Assembly: GCF_004010195.1 (NCBI RefSeq)
Contig: NC_057750.1
Location: 12,851,459-12,893,268, forward strand
Direction: 5' to 3'
DNA: 41,810 nt
DNA from: Chiloscyllium plagiosum
Lineage: Eukaryota
Shown here: piece after piece, positions 35,631 through 41,810 of the stretch
Position numbering within the stretch: the first letter of the stretch is position 1
Layout: each line of letters begins with the position of its first letter
Program-made: the position numbers and the translations under genes
The notes under the pieces: model-generated
The model's input: only the letters and a program-made list of their open reading frames with translations
Databases searched by the model: none
What the model was told of the DNA's origin: nothing

Positions 35631-36529
35631 GGTCTTTCGAGTGTCAAAGCCCTTATTACGAGGCAGCTCCTGGAGAGGCTCCAAGTTTCAGAGGGAAAGA
35701 CAGGGCTCCGTCTGTGCTTCAGGAAGCCACTGTTTGCCATGTTGCTCTGAGACACTGCTGGTTGAACGTATGAAACGCAGAAGGGCAGCAGCAGATCAAT
35801 GGCTGGGAAGGTAAACAGTGACTTTAATCGGGAGAGTGGCTGAGCCATTGCCCTGCCCCCCCCCACACACACACATCTCGCTGCCCACTCCAAATGGGAC
35901 CGCTGTCAGGGGGGAAAGAAAAATGTTGTCCCATTGACCTGACGGCTAGTGAATCACCGCGGATAAAATTGAATTACTGTGCCTTCCCACATGAGATTCA
36001 TTCCTTGGAATTAAACTTCATTGCGAAGATGGATAGGCTTGTATTTGTGCTGAGCTATGCAGTGATCCCAGTCTGACTGGGTTTGAATTTATGACCATCA
36101 GTAGGAGCACTTAGATCGACCCGATAATATTCCAAGATGAATATGTTTAGGCCAAACAAATTAAACGTTGTTTTATTTTCCTTTGGTATGGGGAAGTGGG
36201 GGGGGGGGGGGGTGCGGGGAGTGGGGGAAGGTAGTTCCTCAGCAAGGTGAAGAAAGAATTTTGTCCCCGTCTCGTCTCTCTCTGAACTGCAGCTTCCGGC
36301 GGCTTTAAACGTCCTCCCTCAAAGTCTGACACTTTCTCTCCCTCCCTCCCCACCTTCCTTGTTCCATCATTCACAGCTGGGTCTTCAGACGGTGGGGGTT
36401 CTAGTATCCTCTCTCTAAGCCTTGCTCCTCAACTCGTGCAGAAACAGGGGGATAAAGCAGGGGAAAGCTATGACCCACATGTGGCATAGCATGGAGAGTT
36501 TCAGCTTGCTGGGGCATTGGAGGGCAGTT

Positions 36530-36818
36530 ACTTAGATTAGATTTCTTACAGTGTGGAAACAAGCCCTTCGGCCCAACAAGTCCACACTGACCCGCCAAAG
36601 TGCAACCCACCCATACATTTACCCCTTCACCTAACAATATGGGCAATTTAGCATGGCCAATTCACCTGACTTGCACATCTTTGGACTGTGGGAGGAAACC
36701 CACACAGACACGGGGAGAATGTGCAAACTCCACACAGTCAGTCGCCTGAGGTGGGAATTGTTCCCAGGTCTCTGGCGCTGTGAGGCAGCAGTGCTAACCA
36801 CTGTGCCACCGTGCCGCC
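36530..36818 (-). mobile_element. HE1-type V-SINE
   Basis: (ttaga)n tail and ccactgtgccaccgtgccgcc head. Confidence 0.93.
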
Positions 36819-37009
36819 GACAAAATAATTCAGCACTGTTCCAAGGAAGGTGTCCCGAGACCTAATCTAACCCAAGGCTTTTGGCATGCTTGCTTTCATT
36901 GATCAGAGCACTGAGTACAGGGGTTGGGATATCTTGTTGTAGCTGTACAAGATGTTAGTAAGGCCACGTGTAGAGTACTGCATCCAGTTCTGGTTGCCTG
37001 ACTATAGAA

Positions 37010-37280
37010 AGATTACTTACAGTGTGGAAACAGGCCCTTCGGCCCAACCAGTCCACACCGACCCTCCGAAGAGCAACCCACCCAGATCCATTCCCCTACA
37101 CCTCACACTACGAGCAACTTAGCATGACCAATTCACCTAACCTGCACATTTTTGGACTGTGGGAGGAAACCCACGCAGACACAGGGAGAATGTGCAAACG
37201 CCACACAGTCAGTTGCCTGAGGCGGGAATTGAACCCGGGTCTCTGGCACTGTAAGGCAGCAGTGCTAACCACTGTGCTGC
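37010..37280 (-). mobile_element. HE1-type V-SINE following a CR1 fragment (36875-37010)
   Basis: Same head and tail motifs as the other copies. Confidence 0.92.
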
Positions 37281-37400
37281 CCAGGCCAGAGAGGTCAGAC
37301 TCCAACAGAGCTGAGGGGCTGATTCCCTCATGGGATATGCTATGAGCAAAGGTTTAAATTAACTTGACTCGGGCATGAGAGCCAGGTCAATACCAAAGAT

Positions 37401-37473
37401 GCCTTCTCAGTGCATTAAGCAGCACGTCAGTCTCACAATCTGAATGTCCTGAGTTCAATCCTCACAGATGGCA
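37401..37473 (+). pseudogene. Elongator tRNA-Met-derived pseudogene (anticodon now CAC)
   Basis: 73-nt cloverleaf: acceptor 6/7 pairs, D stem GTGC/GCAC, anticodon arm TCAGT-CTCACAA-TCTGA, T arm GAG-TTCAATC-CTC; D-loop GG lost. Confidence 0.8.
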
Positions 37474-37500
37474 TGGCTGAGAGTCAGTGAGTTTACACAT

Positions 37501-37563
37501 TCCCTCATGGTTAGGATCAGTGTTTTTACCGCTGTCGCCTGGGTTTGATTCCCAGTCAGGGAA
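37501..37563 (+). pseudogene. tRNA-Glu-derived pseudogene with a deletion of about 9 nt in the D arm
   Basis: TCCCT..TGGTTAGGAT...ACCGC...GGGTTTGATTCCCAGTCAGGGAA resembles vertebrate tRNA-Glu with CpG decay. Confidence 0.75.
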
Positions 37564-37575
37564 TAATACTTTACA

Positions 37576-37890
37576 GGTGGCACAGTGGCTCAGTGGTCAG
37601 CCAGCACAGCACTAGGAACCTGGATTCGATTCCAACCCCTCGCGGCGCTTGCATATTCTCCCCGTGTCTGCGTGCGTTTCCTCCGGATGCTTCAGTTTCC
37701 TCCCACAGTCCAAAGATGCTCAGGTCAGGGTGAATTGGCCATGCTAAATTGCCCCATAGTGTGCAGGTTGGTGGGTTAGCCATGGGAAATGAGGGGTTAT
37801 AGGGTAGGGGGGCAGATCTGGGTAGGTTGCTCTTCAAGGGGTCGGTGTGAACTTGATGGGCCAAACAATCTGCTTCCATACTGTAGGGAA
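37576..37890 (+). mobile_element. HE1-type V-SINE
   Basis: ggtggcacagtggctcagtgg...ccacagtccaaagatg...ctgtagggaat. Confidence 0.9.
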
Positions 37891-38734
37891 TTTACTAAGG
37901 GGAGATCCCACATGTGCAGAACGCAAGCAGGAACAGATAGTTTATGACTAGGAAATAAGTGTTTTTTTTTAAAAAACAAAATTACTTGAGAAATATAGAT
38001 GTCGCTCACCTCTCCCTCAGTGCCCAGAGGGCAGATAAGAGTCAACCCCATTGCTATGTGGCCTGGAGTCAGATGGAGGTCAGATCTGGGTAAAGACTAG
38101 AGATTCCCTTCCTTTAAGCACCCGAAATGGAAGTTTTAACAACACGCATTACTCAGTCGGTGTTAGATTATGAATAATTGAATTCAAATGTCAACATCCA
38201 CCATGATGGGACATGAACCCATGTGATCAGAATCCTTTTTTTTAATCATTCACAGGATGAGGGCATCACTGGCTAGGCCCAGCATTTATTGCCCATCCCT
38301 AATTACCCAGAAGGCAGTTAAAAGGAAACCACATTGCCGTGGGTCTGGAGTCACGTGCGGGCCAGACCAGGTAAGGATGGTAGTTTCCTTCCCTAAAGGA
38401 TATTGGTGAAACAGATGGGCTTTTCCAACAGTGGTTTGGTGGCAATGGTTAGACTCTTAATTCCAGGTTCTTAAACAAATTATTGAATTCAAATTCCATC
38501 TGCCATTTCAACCCAGCTGCCTAGAACATTACCTGGATCTCTGGATTAGCAAACCAGTGATAATACTATTAGGCTATCGCATCCCCCCCCCACCCCCCCA
38601 CTCACACCCCACCCCAACTAGCCTGGGATTAACAGGATTATTAGTCCAGAGATATTACAGCTACACCACCACCTCCCCATGTGGACCCAGAAATAAGAGT
38701 GAACATTATAAAGTTTGAATCCAGGTTACTATAT

Positions 38735-39315
38735 AGCACGGGGGCTCAGTGGTTAGCACTGCTGCCTCACAACGCCAGGGACATGGGTGTGATCCCAGCC
38801 TCGGGCGACTGTCTGTGTGGAGCTTGCACATCCTCCCCCCGTGTCTGCGTGGGTTTCCTCCAGATGCTCCAGTTTCCTCCCACAGTACAAAGATGTGTAG
38901 GTTAGGGTGGATTGGCCATGCTACATTACCCCATAGTTTTCAGGGGTGTAGGTTAGGGTGGATTGGCCATGCTGAATTGCCCATAGCATTCAGGGATGTG
39001 TAGGTTAGGGTGGATTGGCCATGCTAAATTACCCCATAGCGTTCAGAGATGTGCAGGTTAGGGTGGATTGGCCATGCTAAATTGCCCATAGCGTTCAGGG
39101 ATGTGTAGGTTAGGGTGGGTTGGCCATGCTAAATTACCCCATAGCGTTCAGGGATGTGTAGGTTAGGGTGGATTGCCCATTGTGATCAGGGATGTGCAGG
39201 TTAGATGCATTAGTCAGGGGTAAATATAGGATAATAGGGTAGGGGAATGGGTCTGGGTGAGTTACTCTTCGGAGGGACGGTGTGGACTTGTTTCTACACC
39301 TTCGGGATTCTACTC
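38735..39315 (+). mobile_element. HE1-type V-SINE with an internal 51-53-bp tandem expansion (about 6 copies)
   Basis: gtgtaggttagggtggattggccatgct unit starts at 38895, 38946, 38998, 39051, 39103, 39156. Confidence 0.93.
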
Positions 39316-39319
39316 TACA

Positions 39320-40520
39320 TGTCTGTGAATGCATGTAGCGTGGTAAATACGAACAGTGAGTTATGGACGTACAGCCGTAATTATAACTATAACACTGGCT
39401 TAAGTAAGGACAGCAGTGGGTCTTGAATATTATTCAAGAAAGGAAAGGATAGGGGGAGGGGGCAGTATCAATTGAGGAGAATGTCACAGTGGTGGAGAGA
39501 AAGGTTAGCTCAAAGGGCTAAAGCACAGAATCTAGTGGCTTAGAGTTAAGGAACAAAAACAAACCAATTCCGTTGCCCATCAATCAGTGGGAACAAAGTA
39601 GAGGAACAAATTTGCAAGGGGCTTACAGAGCACCGTGAGAATTACAGAATAGTTATTGTGGAAGCTGTTTTCACTGGCCTGCTTATTTGCAGCCATTTTG
39701 GTCAGTCATAACATCGCTCTCGCCTGGCTTGGCCTCGTGCCCTGGGTGTCCCCAAGCCTGCTAGAACATTCTGTAACAACCACATTACTTCTGCTTTCCC
39801 CACATAACTCCTGAATTGTTTATCTGCAGACGCCTGCTGAGCAAAACCGTAACCCAGGCAGACTTTGTCGATGGGTGGAGATAGTATCTGGAGTGTGCAT
39901 TGACTCAAGATCTGAGAACAATAGCTCGTTATGGCCACAATAGCTACAGACTTAGGCAAGGCTGACCTCAGACTTTGCCTGGTGTATGCTCACGTAGGCC
40001 ATCTAATGGCTATCTTGTGGTTCTGTGTCTGACTCAGTGTCCGTTGTCTGGTATAAATCCTGGCGAGCTGGATCACTTTGGTGCATCACCGGACCATACT
40101 AAGGTAAGTGTGCTCCCCATGATATCATGCAATAAGATTTGTCAACACTCAAGGTCTGAGTCTGGAGAATTTCTATAACGGTTATAATGGGGGACATTAA
40201 TTTGAGAATAGGATAGTAGTAGGTTAAAGGACTGAAAGGTACAGGAATTCCTAGAGTACATTCAAAAAACATTCTACTGCGGAATGTTGCCAACCTGGTA
40301 AAAACGGAATGGCTACCAGAACTGGTTCTGGGCCAACAAGATCGAGACTCATTCGGGGATCATTTAGGGAACAGCGATCATTGCATCATTGGGTTTAAAT
40401 CTGTTCTACAAAAGAGTGATCCAGCATAATCAACTGGGGAGAAAGGCAACCCAGAGGGAAAGAGTGGGCCAAATAAATTAGAAATAGAAGTTGGTAGGAA
40501 AATTTCAATCAAACTATTAA
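39320..40520 (+). mobile_element. Old CR1 endonuclease region split by an LTR
   Basis: YGRTAVIITITLA, RKGGGAV-like and RIV|IMGD motifs; HLGNSDHCII. Confidence 0.72.
39657..40180 (+). mobile_element. Solo LTR, 524 bp
   Basis: Exact 5-bp TSD GTTAT (39652-39656 and 40181-40185); TG start and TATAACG end; TATAAA at 40052; AATAAG at 40131. Confidence 0.78.
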
Positions 40521-41204
40521 GCAATAAATAATATGGGCATTTTGGAGTTGCCCACATAGTTTATCTTTTGGACTAAAGACTGGAAAATGGAAGTTGGTTA
40601 CAGCAGAATTGCTAAAAAAAAAAGGTATTGGGAGAGGTTTTTTTTTGCAACTTGATGATCGCGTGGAATTAGGTAGTATATGCTTTGCTTCTGCAGGACG
40701 GTGTTACCATTTGCAGTGGTATCAGGTGTCCTTACATTAAGGAGGGACTGCCCACTGATAGCCTTCGCATTGGCCCAGCTGCAGGTTGTCACTGAGCTGT
40801 GAGTGCAGTGCAGTGCAGAGAGAGACGCCAGAAAAACCCACAAACAGGAAATGCCACATTCTTTTCTCAATGCGATTGTGAAGGCAAATAAAAACCTAAG
40901 CACTCAAAGGAAATGATTCTAACATAAGAAAAGACCTAGGTCCAGCTGATCAGCCGTTGAAGCAGAGATCGGCAATCACTTTGAAAACAACATTGTATCT
41001 TCATTGCTAAAATGGAAGGAACTGTGAGAAATGATTTTCCATCTTTGTAGTCAAGACATTTGATTGACACAACTTATTTTTTCAATCTATACTTTTGCAT
41101 CCATAATAATTATGTCAAACCATTGGTTTTGTCTATTTTATTCATGAATGAGTGTGTGTGTGTGTGTATGTATGTGTGTGAGAAAGAGAGAGAGTGTATG
41201 TCTG

Positions 41205-41440
41205 TGTGTTCTGGATGTAGGGTTGCTCGCTGAGCTGGAAGGTTTGTTTTCAGACATTTCGTCACCATACTAAGTAACATCATCAGTGAGCCTCTGGTGA
41301 AGCACTGGTGTTAGTGACCCGCTTTCTATTTATGTGTTTAGGGTTCCCTGGGTTGGTGATGTCATTTCCTGTGGTGACGCATGGTGATGAAACTTCTGAA
41401 AATGAACCTTCCAGCTCAACGAGCAAACCTACATTCAGAA
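41205..41440. mobile_element. Second-family Penelope-like terminal repeat, inverted, with a hammerhead core on the minus strand
   Basis: Arms gttctggatgtagggttgctcgctgagctggaagg and ccttccagctcaacgagcaaacctacattcagaac; minus strand CTGATGA-T-GTTACT-tagtat-GGTGAC-GAAA-TGTC. Confidence 0.78.
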
Positions 41441-41629
41441 CACATACCCACACATACACTCTCTCTCGCTTTCTCACATACAATGTCTGTGTGAGAGGGA
41501 GAGAGTGTGTGTGCATGGGTAAGATGGGGTGTGTTAAAGCATTTTAGTTTAATTTCTGTAGTAGCAAATTAGTAATTTTGTTTTGCTATTTGTTAAAGAA
41601 TAAGATTGTTTACAACAAATAAATACATA

Positions 41630-41810
41630 ATGAATGTGGGGGAGGCAGGTTCTCTTGAGTGGTGAGGGTCTGGAATGGACAGTCTGAGAGTGTGGGGGAG
41701 GCAGGTTCACTCGAAGGGTTAGGGTCTGGAGTGTACTGTCTGAGTGTGTGGGGGAGGCAGGTTCACTCGAGGGGGTTAGGGTCTGGAATGGACTGTCTGA
41801 GAGTGTGGGG
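41630..41810 (+). repeat. CR1-derived minisatellite of about 56 bp, running off the window end
   Basis: gtgtgggggaggcaggttcactcga..ggttagggtctgga.tg.actgtctgag, three or more copies. Confidence 0.88.

Noticed and set aside
37401..37473. Functional recoding tRNA (Met body, Val anticodon)
   Set aside because: Loss of D-loop GG and stem mismatches indicate a pseudogene.

Overview
Repeat-dense vertebrate genomic DNA, almost certainly from a cartilaginous fish (shark). The evidence is many HE1-type V-SINEs, CR1-clade LINE fragments, Rex1/Babar fragments, DeuSINE (SacSINE1/AmnSINE1-like) relics and Penelope-like elements (PLEs); family names are from recognition, not a database search. No intact long gene is present. 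Almost all ORFs in the track are degraded retroelement ORF2 pieces, SINE artefacts or minisatellite/N-gap artefacts. There are two assembly gaps (1678-2391, 17800-17914). Most notable observations: (i) a family of short, often fold-back, PLE terminal-repeat insertions with target-site duplications and decayed minimal type I hammerhead ribozyme cores; (ii) a 524-bp solo LTR with an exact 5-bp TSD; (iii) a tandem tRNA-Met-like and tRNA-Glu-like pseudogene pair abutting a SINE; (iv) a perfect 26-bp inverted repeat in unique sequence; (v) telomeric repeats at a CR1/PLE junction; (vi) several phase-compatible candidate exons of an unidentified minus-strand gene. I found no clearly supportable, wholly new system. 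Repeat boundaries are approximate unless a TSD is quoted.
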